Shown here: piece by piece, positions 37,985 to 46,808 of the stretch
Layout: each line of letters begins with the position of its first letter
Numbering within the stretch: position 1 is the stretch's first letter
Translations under genes and position numbers: made by a program
Notes under the pieces: generated by a model
Database searches by the model: none
What the model saw: only the letters and a program-made list of their open reading frames with translations
Told to the model about the DNA's origin: nothing
Source: Cyanobacteriota bacterium
GTDB taxonomy: Bacteria; Cyanobacteriota; Sericytochromatia; UBA7694; JACMQJ01
NCBI GenBank assembly: GCA_038060635.1
Contig: JBBTGK010000308.1
Location: 1 to 57,424 of the forward strand
Length of the DNA stretch: 57,424 bases
Reading direction: 5' to 3'

Positions 37985-38047
37985 TGCAGTACAGACGTTG
38001 AATTGCAATATATGTACATGCGGGGTTTGATTCATTAAACCCTTTAT
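37985..38047 (+). repeat. Conserved 3'-intergenic hairpin element, copy A
   Basis: TGCAGTACAG...TACATG (38015-38020), then stem GGGTTT (38023-38028), loop GATTCATT and AAACCC (38037-38042), then TTTAT. It is collinear with 48828-48891, with a compensatory stem change. Confidence 0.6.
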
Positions 38048-38091
38048 ATAAGTTTAGGAAATTCCTAAAAAATTACTATTTTAAATTATAT

Positions 38092-38730
38092 TCAAGACAA
38101 AAAACTATTAAATGTATCTAAAAACTCTTTTTCTGGTAAAAAACCTTTAATGGTATTTTTATCATTTATAATAAACATAGGCGTTCCACTTATTCCAAAT
38201 AAATCAGCTTCTTCTTTGTCTTTTTTAATTCTAGCTTTAATATTTTCAAGTTCTTTTTCTGATACAGGCTTACTTAAAAACTTATTTTCAATCTCTTTTA
38301 CATTTTCTATAGTTTTAATATTATCTTGATTTTCAAAAACATAGTTATTGAACTCTATAGCCTTATTTTTATCGGTCAAAGCTATTTTTTCAAATAAATA
38401 AGCTAATTCATAAGAAACATCATTTATAAAAGGATAATGTTTATAAACTAGTTTTATTTGATTCGGATATTTATCAAATAATTTATCTACGATAGGTTTA
38501 GATTTAGCACAAAAACCACATTTAAAATCAACAAATTCTATTACTACATTTTTTGCATTTATATTACCTCTAAATGTATAAGTATCATCAATAAAAGGTT
38601 TAATAGCATCTTTTTTTATATCTTGAGTTTTAGAAGAATCTTCTTTGTTTTTATTATTATTTAAATTCGTATTAGTTTGAATAGAACATGATGTTAATAA
38701 AAGAAGAAGTAAAATTGATTTTTTTATCAT
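38092..38730 (-). CDS. DsbA-family thiol:disulfide oxidoreductase lipoprotein
   Basis: Lipobox 'LLLLTSCS'. Thioredoxin-fold active site 'FKCGFCAKS' (CxxC). C-terminal 'GISGTPMFIIND' is typical of DsbA/BdbD. Confidence 0.85.
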   Translation of the reverse strand: MIKKSILLLLLLTSCSIQTNTNLNNNKNKEDSSKTQDIKKDAIKPFIDDTYTFRGNINAKNVVIEFVDFKCGFCAKSKPIVDKLFDKYPNQIKLVYKHYPFINDVSYELAYLFEKIALTDKNKAIEFNNYVFENQDNIKTIENVKEIENKFLSKPVSEKELENIKARIKKDKEEADLFGISGTPMFIINDKNTIKGFLPEKEFLDTFNSFLS

Positions 38731-38937
38731 AAAATTAAGGTTTAAAATATTTATGAACAGGATTATATCATATTCTATTCTATAATTACAGTTATTTTTT
38801 TTAAATAAATTATATTTTTCAATAAAATTAAAGGATTTTAAATCAATGTTTGTTTAATATCCATTTTAATAATTTTGTTTGAGTTAAATACAATTCCTTT
38901 TATAATATAGTAGAATTTATAAACAGAATAATTCATA

Positions 38938-39369
38938 ATGGAAAAAAAAATGTCTGAATCAAATAAAGTAAAAGTAGTTGAATACGATCTTTGGGACAGT
39001 GAAACAGGTGAAGCTGATATTGTTATTGAGTTTGAAAATGGAAAAAAAATCAAAGCTTTTACTATAGATAGTTTTCATGATATTGATGATGTTGTTGATG
39101 TAAATCTTTCTCTTTTTTGTAAATCTTTTGAAATTGCAGATAATTTTACTTCAGAAATTTTAAATTTAAACGATAAATATGAAGCAAGAGTACAAGGCAA
39201 AATAATAAAATATATTAATGACGAAGAAAAAGGCGAATATATTGTTGTTGATGCAGGTAATATTTTTGTATCTATTTTTGATGATTTTTCAGAACAAAAA
39301 AATATTGAGTCATCTTATTTTAAAGGACAAGGACGACTTGATGTAGAAATTGTTGGTGAAGAGTGGTAA
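38938..39369 (+). CDS. Acidic hypothetical protein
   Basis: 143-aa ORF, the first gene of a co-directional signalling cluster. No motif recognised. Confidence 0.55.
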   Translation: MEKKMSESNKVKVVEYDLWDSETGEADIVIEFENGKKIKAFTIDSFHDIDDVVDVNLSLFCKSFEIADNFTSEILNLNDKYEARVQGKIIKYINDEEKGEYIVVDAGNIFVSIFDDFSEQKNIESSYFKGQGRLDVEIVGEEW

Positions 39370-39427
39370 AATTTGTTATCATGTTATATGGAAACAATAA
39401 ATTTAAATAATTTGGAAAAATAAATTT

Positions 39428-39862
39428 ATGAGTGAAGCATTGTTTGAGCAAGAAATAGAGTTAAACGTTCCTATGATACAAGACATAGAAACCGTTGTAA
39501 TGAATACTGCTCGTTCGGTTGCAAAGTTTTCTGATTTTGATGATGATCAAATTGATGAGATGAATCAAGCTCTTATAGAAGCCTGTATTAATGCCATAGA
39601 GCATAGCAAAAGCGAAGATAGAAAATTATACATAAAGTTTATTGTAAATAAAAACGAAATTACAGTTATATTCAGAGATAACGGAAAAGGCTTTGAAATA
39701 GCTAATGTTAATGAAAATCCTGATATAAAAGAAAAATTAAAATCTGACTATAAAAGAGGTTGGGGAATTAAACTTATAAAAACTTTAATGGATAAAGTAG
39801 AAATAGAAAGTGGAAACACAGGTACAATATTAAAAATGACAAAAGTAAAGCAGGAGTTATAA
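39428..39862 (+). CDS. Anti-sigma-factor-type serine kinase (RsbW/SpoIIAB-like HATPase_c)
   Basis: N-box 'EACINAIEHS', G1 'RDNGKGF' and G2 'GWGIKLIKTLMD'. 144 aa, the typical size. Confidence 0.8.
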   Translation: MSEALFEQEIELNVPMIQDIETVVMNTARSVAKFSDFDDDQIDEMNQALIEACINAIEHSKSEDRKLYIKFIVNKNEITVIFRDNGKGFEIANVNENPDIKEKLKSDYKRGWGIKLIKTLMDKVEIESGNTGTILKMTKVKQEL

Positions 39863-39864
39863 TC

Positions 39865-40215
39865 GTGGCAGATGGGTTTGATGTAAAGATAGACAAAAGA
39901 AGTGATTTTGCAATATTAAGAACTGATGGATATGTAAATAATCTTGGGGGAGAAAAAATAGGCGAAGCTGCTGATTCTCTTATGAAAGAAGGGATTATAA
40001 ACCTTATTATAAACTTTGAAAAATCTACTGTAGTTAACAGTATTGGTATATCAATTCTTATTGAAGTTATAGAAAAACTTGTTGATAATGGTGGAAAAAT
40101 TATTTTTTCAAATCTTACAAAAACAATAGCAAAAACTTTTAATATAATGGGTTTAACTCAATTTGCTGAAATATGTGAAACAGAAGCAGATGCTGTTGCT
40201 TCAATATCTGGATAG
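39865..40215 (+). CDS. STAS-domain anti-sigma-factor antagonist (RsbV/SpoIIAA-like)
   Basis: 116 aa. 'INFEKSTVVNSIGISILIEV' has the conserved phospho-acceptor Ser context. The GTG start lies 2 nt after the kinase stop. Confidence 0.8.
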   Translation: MADGFDVKIDKRSDFAILRTDGYVNNLGGEKIGEAADSLMKEGIINLIINFEKSTVVNSIGISILIEVIEKLVDNGGKIIFSNLTKTIAKTFNIMGLTQFAEICETEADAVASISG

Positions 40216-40235
40216 GTAGAGGTTTTTAAAAAAAA

Positions 40236-40736
40236 ATGTTCGGCGGAAATAAAGACCCTGATAAAAAAGGTGTTGAACAACCAAAAAAAATACCTTCTCC
40301 ACCCCAATTTGGAGCTAAACCAATTATAGGTTCTCCTTCTGGTGCAAATAAACCTGTTCCACAAGTACCTGTAAATAAACCAGGAATGGATAATTTTCAA
40401 AGAACAAATAAAGCTCAAAGAGGTATTACGGCTCCATTGAGTTCGTCTAATTCTAATCTTAATCTTACTTCAGAAAACAGAGAATTCACTGAAACTAAAT
40501 TTGATGATGGAATCGTTATACTTAAATATAAAGAGCCTCAAAAAATAGATAATCTTATTCATGATGCGAAAACAAGAGTTGGTGGAGAAAATTCTAAGTT
40601 TTTTAGTAAGGGATGGGTTATTGGAAAGGATATTGCAAAAATATCTCCTGATGGAACTTCAATTACTTTTTATCCTAAAGAAGTTTCGGAACTCGTTCAA
40701 GAGTTAATAGGATACCCAAGTGCAGATGATAATTAA
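40236..40736 (+). CDS. Hypothetical protein with a Pro-rich N-terminal half
   Basis: 166-aa ORF. 'PKKIPSPPQFGAKPIIGSPSGANKPVPQVPVNKPG' is followed by a small globular C-terminus. Confidence 0.55.
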   Translation: MFGGNKDPDKKGVEQPKKIPSPPQFGAKPIIGSPSGANKPVPQVPVNKPGMDNFQRTNKAQRGITAPLSSSNSNLNLTSENREFTETKFDDGIVILKYKEPQKIDNLIHDAKTRVGGENSKFFSKGWVIGKDIAKISPDGTSITFYPKEVSELVQELIGYPSADDN

Positions 40737-40766
40737 TATTGGTAAAAAAGATAGAGCAATTATATC

Positions 40767-42350
40767 GTGAATCATATAATAAACGAGTTTAATAAAATAG
40801 ATGTTGATAAGCTTATATATAATATAAACTCGCTTAATGATGTTTCAATGGAAATTATATCTGATAGCAGTTTAGATGTATCACTTTCTAACCTTCTAAG
40901 GATATTAATGGGAACATTAGGCGTTACTAAAGGAACTATTTTAACTTATGCACCTTTTAAATTAGCTTTTGAATCAGCTGTTGTAAAAGGCTTTGAAGGA
41001 AATCTTTATTTTAGAGCTTTACCAAAAGAAGTTCCTGATATAACAAATTCAAAAGGTGTTTTTACTCTTGAAGAATTAGAAAAAAAGTTTCCTGATTTTG
41101 TAAAAAGAAATAAGCCTATGTTTGAAAAACATATTGCAGCTTCTATGTGGGTTACTTTAGGAATAAGAGGAAGATTAGTTGGAGCTATTTTATTAGGACA
41201 AAAACTTAATAAATTACCTTATGAACAAACTGATATTCTTTTACTTTCAATAATATCTAATCAAATAGCCATTGCTATTTCAAATTTTCAGTTAATTGAT
41301 GAATTGAAAAAAACAAATGATAAATTAAGAAAACAAAATTTTGAACTTGTTGATGCAAATTATGGAATATCTGAAATGAGACAAATAAGTGTAGAATTAA
41401 GTGAAATAATAGATGTTCAAAGTTTATTAGAAACATTTTTAATGAAATCAATTCAATATCTTTCTTGTAGTAAAGCTGTTTTATTTCAATTGGAAGGTGA
41501 TAGTCTTAGAGTTCAGTCTTCTTCAAAAATAATGAATATAAAAAATGATAAGGTTTTTAAAGTTGAAAATGCACCTGAAATGATAAAAAAGCTATTAGAA
41601 ACTGGAGATCCTCAAAGAGGTGATGTTTCTAAGTTTTTTGATATTGATGCAAAACATACAATATGTGTACCACTTAAGTCTGAAAGAGATATATTAGGTG
41701 TAATTTGTCTTTTTGATAAAGAAAGTAAAGTAGAAAAAGAAAATCCTAATCCTTTTACTCCTTTTACAGAGCGAGATGAATCTATGATAACATCTCTTAC
41801 AAATCATACCGCTACATTATGGCAAAAAGCTAAGTTTTATGAAATGGCAACTGTTGATGGACTTACTCAACTTTATGTAAGAAGATTTTTTGAGCAAAGA
41901 ATTGGCGAAGAATTAAGAAAAGCTCAAAGACTTGATAGAAAGTTATCTTTGATGTTTATAGATATTGATCATTTCAAAAAATTTAATGATACTTGGGGAC
42001 ATCAAACAGGTGATGATGTTCTGAGAGTTGTTGCTAAAAAAATAAAAGATAGTGTTAGAAAAGGAATTGATATTGCCGCTAGATATGGTGGTGAAGAGCT
42101 TACTGTTATTATGCCTGAAACAGATGCGAATGGTGCAGTTATTTTAGCTGAAAGAATCCGTTTAAGTATAGAAAAAGCAAATTTAGATAATCCTAATGGT
42201 GGAGAACCATTAAAAGTAACTATTAGTATTGGGGTTTCAACTTTTCCAGATCATGCTGTTAATGTTCAGGATTTGGTGGAAAAAGCTGATATTGCCGTTT
42301 ATAAATCAAAAGCTAATGGTAGAAATAGAGCTACTCTTTATGGTACATAG
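40767..42350 (+). CDS. GAF-GAF-GGDEF diguanylate cyclase-like protein
   Basis: C-terminal 'DGLTQLYVRRFF...DIDHFKKFNDTWGHQTGDDVL...RYGGEELTVIM...GRNR'. The two N-terminal modules of about 150 aa are GAF-like ('MWVTLGIRGRLVGAILLG', 'ICVPLKSERDILGVICLF'). GTG start. Confidence 0.85.
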   Translation: MNHIINEFNKIDVDKLIYNINSLNDVSMEIISDSSLDVSLSNLLRILMGTLGVTKGTILTYAPFKLAFESAVVKGFEGNLYFRALPKEVPDITNSKGVFTLEELEKKFPDFVKRNKPMFEKHIAASMWVTLGIRGRLVGAILLGQKLNKLPYEQTDILLLSIISNQIAIAISNFQLIDELKKTNDKLRKQNFELVDANYGISEMRQISVELSEIIDVQSLLETFLMKSIQYLSCSKAVLFQLEGDSLRVQSSSKIMNIKNDKVFKVENAPEMIKKLLETGDPQRGDVSKFFDIDAKHTICVPLKSERDILGVICLFDKESKVEKENPNPFTPFTERDESMITSLTNHTATLWQKAKFYEMATVDGLTQLYVRRFFEQRIGEELRKAQRLDRKLSLMFIDIDHFKKFNDTWGHQTGDDVLRVVAKKIKDSVRKGIDIAARYGGEELTVIMPETDANGAVILAERIRLSIEKANLDNPNGGEPLKVTISIGVSTFPDHAVNVQDLVEKADIAVYKSKANGRNRATLYGT

Positions 42351-42393
42351 TTGAAATTAAATCGTATTATTTTTGTTATTATTTAGGTATTTT

Positions 42394-43158
42394 ATGAAAA
42401 ATATTTTTCAATTATCTTTACATAAGAAGTTTTTAACTATAGTTTCTACTATTTTACTTCTTTCTTTATCAAATATTGCTCCATCTTATTCTCAAGATAA
42501 TTTTCCTATAAGCTTTCCTGCTGAAATAAAAGAAAAAAATATGGGTGTTAGTTTATTTTATTCTGATAATTTTACCTTAGATAATAAAATTTCTGCTCCT
42601 GAACTTAGAGCAGAAATAAAAGCTAATTTTTTAGAAAATGGTAACGGTGTAATAAGTGAAATATCTTTTCAAAATATGTTTGGTACAAATCCTGCCATAA
42701 TTTCTGGATTAGTTCCCAAAGGAGATGCTTATAGTCAAGATGTAAGTGGTTTAATTGGTTACAGATTTTCTTTTTTTAATACCATATCAATTGCTCCGTT
42801 TGTAAAAGGAAGAGGCTTTGTTACTAGAGGTAGAGGAGGAGATAATATTTATGGAACCGAATTAGGCTCAGAATTAGAATGGAAAATATACCCTGAAAGT
42901 ACTTTTGTTAATATAAAATATGGTTTGTTTTTACCTTTTTTACATAAATATACTGGAGAAGCAGATAAAATAGGTGCTTATAGTTTTTTATTAAATAATT
43001 TAGAATTAAAATTAAGATATAGATTTTTACCAGATTTTGAAGTTATGACAGGTTATCATCTCAGAGAAATTCCAAAACAATTAGGTACTAGTAATTTTTC
43101 AACCAAAGATACCTTTTTTTGGGGTGGGGTTTTATTAGGAATTGCTTACGTTTTTTAA
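42394..43158 (+). CDS. Putative outer-membrane beta-barrel protein
   Basis: Signal peptide 'ILLLSLSNIAPSYSQ', alternating hydrophobic strands, and a C-terminal 'LLGIAYVF' aromatic beta-signal. The ORF track starts at TTG 42373, but ATG 42394 (MKNIFQ) is more plausible. Confidence 0.6.
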   Translation: MKNIFQLSLHKKFLTIVSTILLLSLSNIAPSYSQDNFPISFPAEIKEKNMGVSLFYSDNFTLDNKISAPELRAEIKANFLENGNGVISEISFQNMFGTNPAIISGLVPKGDAYSQDVSGLIGYRFSFFNTISIAPFVKGRGFVTRGRGGDNIYGTELGSELEWKIYPESTFVNIKYGLFLPFLHKYTGEADKIGAYSFLLNNLELKLRYRFLPDFEVMTGYHLREIPKQLGTSNFSTKDTFFWGGVLLGIAYVF

Positions 43159-43260
43159 CGAAAAGTGTATTAATCACAAAAACAACATAACTTTTTGATA
43201 ATTATATGATAATATAATCTTAATAAGATGTTTTGTTGTGTTTCTAAAAAATAAAGTTAA

Positions 43261-45954
43261 ATGGCAGAGTTAAGGACTGTAGAAAGATCTCTTGATGTCG
43301 GAATGCTATCCGTTTCAGGTTCTATTTTGTCATTGCCAGATGATTACATCGTAATTCCTCACTTATTATACAACTCCCGAAAATTTTTAGACTATGTAGT
43401 TACTGTTGTTGGCCCAAATGGTTTTTTTCTTGTTTCATACCAACCTTTTTTTGATAACGATTTTAAAAATGAAAATATAGAAGATTCTATAATTTACCTT
43501 CGAGAATATACAATAAAATTAGCTGACTATATAAAAATGAGGAACATAAAATTAGATTCTTCTCCTAAATTAATAATTGCTGTTGATGATAAACATTTTA
43601 CAGATATACAAGGTGAAGAAGATGACGTAATGATTGTTCCATTAAATAAAATAAAAACACTTATTACATCTATTTCAAAAAAAGATCTTTATTCTAAATC
43701 TAAAGTAAATGAAATTATTTTTTCAATAAGAGCTAACGGCATTTTAAAAAGAGTAAATCAATACCAAATATTAAATGAAATAGAAATATCAGAAACATAT
43801 TGCACATATATGGCTTATGATACTATAACAGATAGAACTGTTTTAATAAAAGAAGTTAAAAATTATACTGATTCTTCAAAAATTGAAGATTTAGAAAAAA
43901 ACGAAGTTTTACGAGAAGCTAAATTGACAATGCAATTAAAACACGAAAATATAGTAAATATAGAGCAAATAATACCTAGAGATAACTCTTTGTACATAAT
44001 AATAGAATGGATAGAAGGAGCCAAAAATATTAGACAAATAATAAATTCTAATAAATATGGTTTTGGAATAGAAACAACAAAAGTAATTATTAATCAAATA
44101 TGTTCCGCTCTTGAGCATTGTCATTCAAAAGGAATTGTTCATAGAAATATTCGCCCAGAAAATATTTTAATAACAGATGATTATTTAATAAAAATAACCA
44201 ATTTTGAATTGGCAAAAAAATCTGACATTCATACTAGAAATACATTTGATCTTAAACAAATGATGAAAGAGAATCCTTATGCTGCACCAGAATTTAGATT
44301 AAACACACATAATATTGACCAAAGAGTAGATATTTATTCTGTAGGTGTTATTTTATATGAATTATTAACAAATAGACTTCCTTATCATTTAGATGAAAGA
44401 TATTGGGAGCCACCAAGTAAATATAATGTAGAACTAAATTCTATTTGGGATAAAATATGTCTAAAAGCATTAAGATTTGATCAACATCAACGTTTTGGAA
44501 CTATTTCAGCCCTTAGAGAAAAAATAAATAATGCTGGAAATCCAATTGATGAACTTTCTACAGAAAAAAGATATTCATCAAGAGAGATTTATAAAAGAAC
44601 TAGAAATAGTATTATTTATCGAGCGTATGATAATAAAAATCAAAGAGAAGTTGCTCTTAAAAAAGTTCTATTTGATAAATTATTTACTTCTGAGCAAAGA
44701 AAACAAAAAATGCACAAGCTTCTTTCTGAAGCAAAGCTTGTAAGTAAATTAGCCCATGAAAATATTGTTACGGTTTACGATTTTTTTATAGAAGATGGTG
44801 ATGGTTATATCGTAATGGAATGGCTTAATGGAAAAACATTAAGAGAATATAAAAATGATATTATTGATTTTTCTGTAGAAGATGTAATAAACATAGGGAT
44901 ACAGATAGCTAAAGCACTTGATTATGCACACAGACAAAATATCATGCATAAAGATATAAAACCAGAAAATATAATGTTTTTTGAAGGAAAAATAACTATA
45001 TTAGATTTTGGACTAGCTAGTTTTTTAGAAACTAAAAATACTGATAAATCTTATGGAACACTTATGTATATGGCTCCTGAACAGCTAAAAGGTGCAAATA
45101 TTCTTGATCAAAGGGGTGATATTTTTTCTTTAGGAATATTGATGTATGAATTAATATATAATGGTGAATATCCTTATACCCCAGATATTATCATGAGTGG
45201 TTATATAGAAAATGTTGATCCATTATTACCAAGCAAAAGAAATATTAATATTCCAATAATGCTTGATTTATCAATAAAAAAATCAATAAAAATAAACCCT
45301 GATGAACGATACCAAAAAATAAATGATCTTATTGCAGATCTTGAAAATATAATTTATAAAAAAGAAGTCAAAGTAAAAAATGAGTTTTTTGAAAAAATAA
45401 AATCGATTGTTACTATTCCCAAGTTAGTAATGTTTTTTATGATTATTTCTTTAATATTTTTTTCTAGTATAAAAATGCTTCAAATGGAAAAAAAAGAAAT
45501 TCTTGAAATAGAAGATATAAATATAACTGTTCCTGCAATTCCTATTAGTTTCTCTTTTGATAGAAAAGCAATAAATTCTTATGATTGGATTTCTGATCGT
45601 TCAAGAAGAGATGATGCTTTAATTCAAATAAAAATAAAATCAAATTATACTTTAAAACAAAGTTTATTTACTATTATCATAAAAAATAGCTCAAATGATA
45701 GTATAAACTTTTTTAATATAAATAATCCAGAAAAAAATATAATTATAAAAGACAATTTAGGAAATAATTATTCTTCAAAAATTCTTTTGAATACAGTTTC
45801 ACAAGAGCTTTTAAAAATAAAACCTAGTTCAGAATCAGAAGGATCTTTTATATTAGATACATTAGCATCTGAAAAAGCAAGTAAAATAGATGTAAGATTA
45901 ATGGAAAATAATGGAAAAAGAAGAAGTTTTTTTGTTACGTTAGATAAACAATAA
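43261..45954 (+). CDS. NERD-like domain + pseudokinase + Hanks-type Ser/Thr kinase + TM + extracytoplasmic domain
   Basis: N-terminal 'LDYVVTVVGPNGFFLVS' is NERD-like. Kinase-1 has 'VHRNIRPENIL' (44140-44148 HRN) and 'NFE' (44200-44208) in place of HRD/DFG. Kinase-2 has 'MHKDIKPENIM' (44947-44955), 'DFG' (45004-45012) and 'YMAPE'. The TM is 'IPKLVMFFMIISLIFFSSI'. Confidence 0.85.
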   Translation: MAELRTVERSLDVGMLSVSGSILSLPDDYIVIPHLLYNSRKFLDYVVTVVGPNGFFLVSYQPFFDNDFKNENIEDSIIYLREYTIKLADYIKMRNIKLDSSPKLIIAVDDKHFTDIQGEEDDVMIVPLNKIKTLITSISKKDLYSKSKVNEIIFSIRANGILKRVNQYQILNEIEISETYCTYMAYDTITDRTVLIKEVKNYTDSSKIEDLEKNEVLREAKLTMQLKHENIVNIEQIIPRDNSLYIIIEWIEGAKNIRQIINSNKYGFGIETTKVIINQICSALEHCHSKGIVHRNIRPENILITDDYLIKITNFELAKKSDIHTRNTFDLKQMMKENPYAAPEFRLNTHNIDQRVDIYSVGVILYELLTNRLPYHLDERYWEPPSKYNVELNSIWDKICLKALRFDQHQRFGTISALREKINNAGNPIDELSTEKRYSSREIYKRTRNSIIYRAYDNKNQREVALKKVLFDKLFTSEQRKQKMHKLLSEAKLVSKLAHENIVTVYDFFIEDGDGYIVMEWLNGKTLREYKNDIIDFSVEDVINIGIQIAKALDYAHRQNIMHKDIKPENIMFFEGKITILDFGLASFLETKNTDKSYGTLMYMAPEQLKGANILDQRGDIFSLGILMYELIYNGEYPYTPDIIMSGYIENVDPLLPSKRNINIPIMLDLSIKKSIKINPDERYQKINDLIADLENIIYKKEVKVKNEFFEKIKSIVTIPKLVMFFMIISLIFFSSIKMLQMEKKEILEIEDINITVPAIPISFSFDRKAINSYDWISDRSRRDDALIQIKIKSNYTLKQSLFTIIIKNSSNDSINFFNINNPEKNIIIKDNLGNNYSSKILLNTVSQELLKIKPSSESEGSFILDTLASEKASKIDVRLMENNGKRRSFFVTLDKQ

Positions 45955-46030
45955 CTTTAATTGTTTTTTCTTAATAATTATTATATAATAACTCATAATG
46001 TTATTTTAATTTTAAAGAGATTCCTTTTTT

Positions 46031-46657
46031 ATGAAAAATTTTACAAAATATTTGCCTGTTTTATTCACATGTTTTATTTTAACATCTTGTGCGTCAGTTA
46101 ATGATTCTAATGCCACCTTGCAAAATACAGATTCTCAAATATTATCATCTGATAATAATCTAACTTATGTTGTTACAGCAAGAGCAATAGTTGATAGAAT
46201 GCCTAAAACTACAAATGTTTCTGATCAAGATAAACTTGTTAAAGATTTTACCGAACAAATAAAAAATTTAAACCGCCCAGCTCTTGAAGGTTTACTAAAA
46301 TATTCGGTAAAAGTTTTACAAGAAACAACACCTGCTGGACAAGATTTACTTAAAATGCCTGTAGTAAAACTTATTCATGCTACTCAAAGTAGATATTTAG
46401 ATGTTCTTACTAACAGTGCTTTTATGAGAAAATCTGATGATATTTTTAGTATTGCAATTATGAAAAACCCAGTTGAACAAGAAAAAGCTGTTCAAAAATT
46501 TGAAAAAACAAGTTTTAAAAGTGTTCCTAAAACTGACTTAAAATTATTAATTCAATATATAAAAGGTGAATTAGGTAATTTTGGAGACTTTTTAGATCCT
46601 AAATCGTCTATTTCTAAAAGATTAGTTAAAACGTTAGAATTAGCCCTAAACGCATAA
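46031..46657 (+). CDS. Lipoprotein of unknown function
   Basis: Signal peptide plus lipobox 'FILTSCAS'. 208 aa, the last gene before a strong terminator. Confidence 0.65.
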   Translation: MKNFTKYLPVLFTCFILTSCASVNDSNATLQNTDSQILSSDNNLTYVVTARAIVDRMPKTTNVSDQDKLVKDFTEQIKNLNRPALEGLLKYSVKVLQETTPAGQDLLKMPVVKLIHATQSRYLDVLTNSAFMRKSDDIFSIAIMKNPVEQEKAVQKFEKTSFKSVPKTDLKLLIQYIKGELGNFGDFLDPKSSISKRLVKTLELALNA

Positions 46658-46691
46658 TATTTTATTTATTATAAAAAAAATTTTATAACTA

Positions 46692-46731
46692 AAGCTATAC
46701 ATAGTATTTTGTGTATAGCTTTTTTGTTTTT
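46692..46731 (+). terminator. Rho-independent terminator
   Basis: Stem AAGCTATACA (46692-46701) / TGTATAGCTT (46712-46721) with a 10-nt loop, followed by TTTTTGTTTTTT. Confidence 0.8.
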
Positions 46732-46808
46732 TATTGTGATTTTTATTATAATTATTACAAAAAACTTAAAAAAATTTATAAATTATGAAATACATCTTGT
46801 TCTTAAAA

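Noticed and set aside
38015-38047. The GGGTTTGATTCATTAAACCC hairpin considered as a tRNA T-arm or tRNA fragment
   Set aside because: The loop lacks the TTCRANY consensus. No acceptor, D or anticodon arms can be drawn around it. It is better explained as a repeated intergenic hairpin.
43170-43250. The imperfect inverted repeat CACAAAAACAACAT ... ATGTTTTGTTGTG after the OMP gene
   Set aside because: The arms do not pair continuously when aligned, the loop is about 40 nt, and there is no T-run. The evidence for a terminator or RNA structure is weak.
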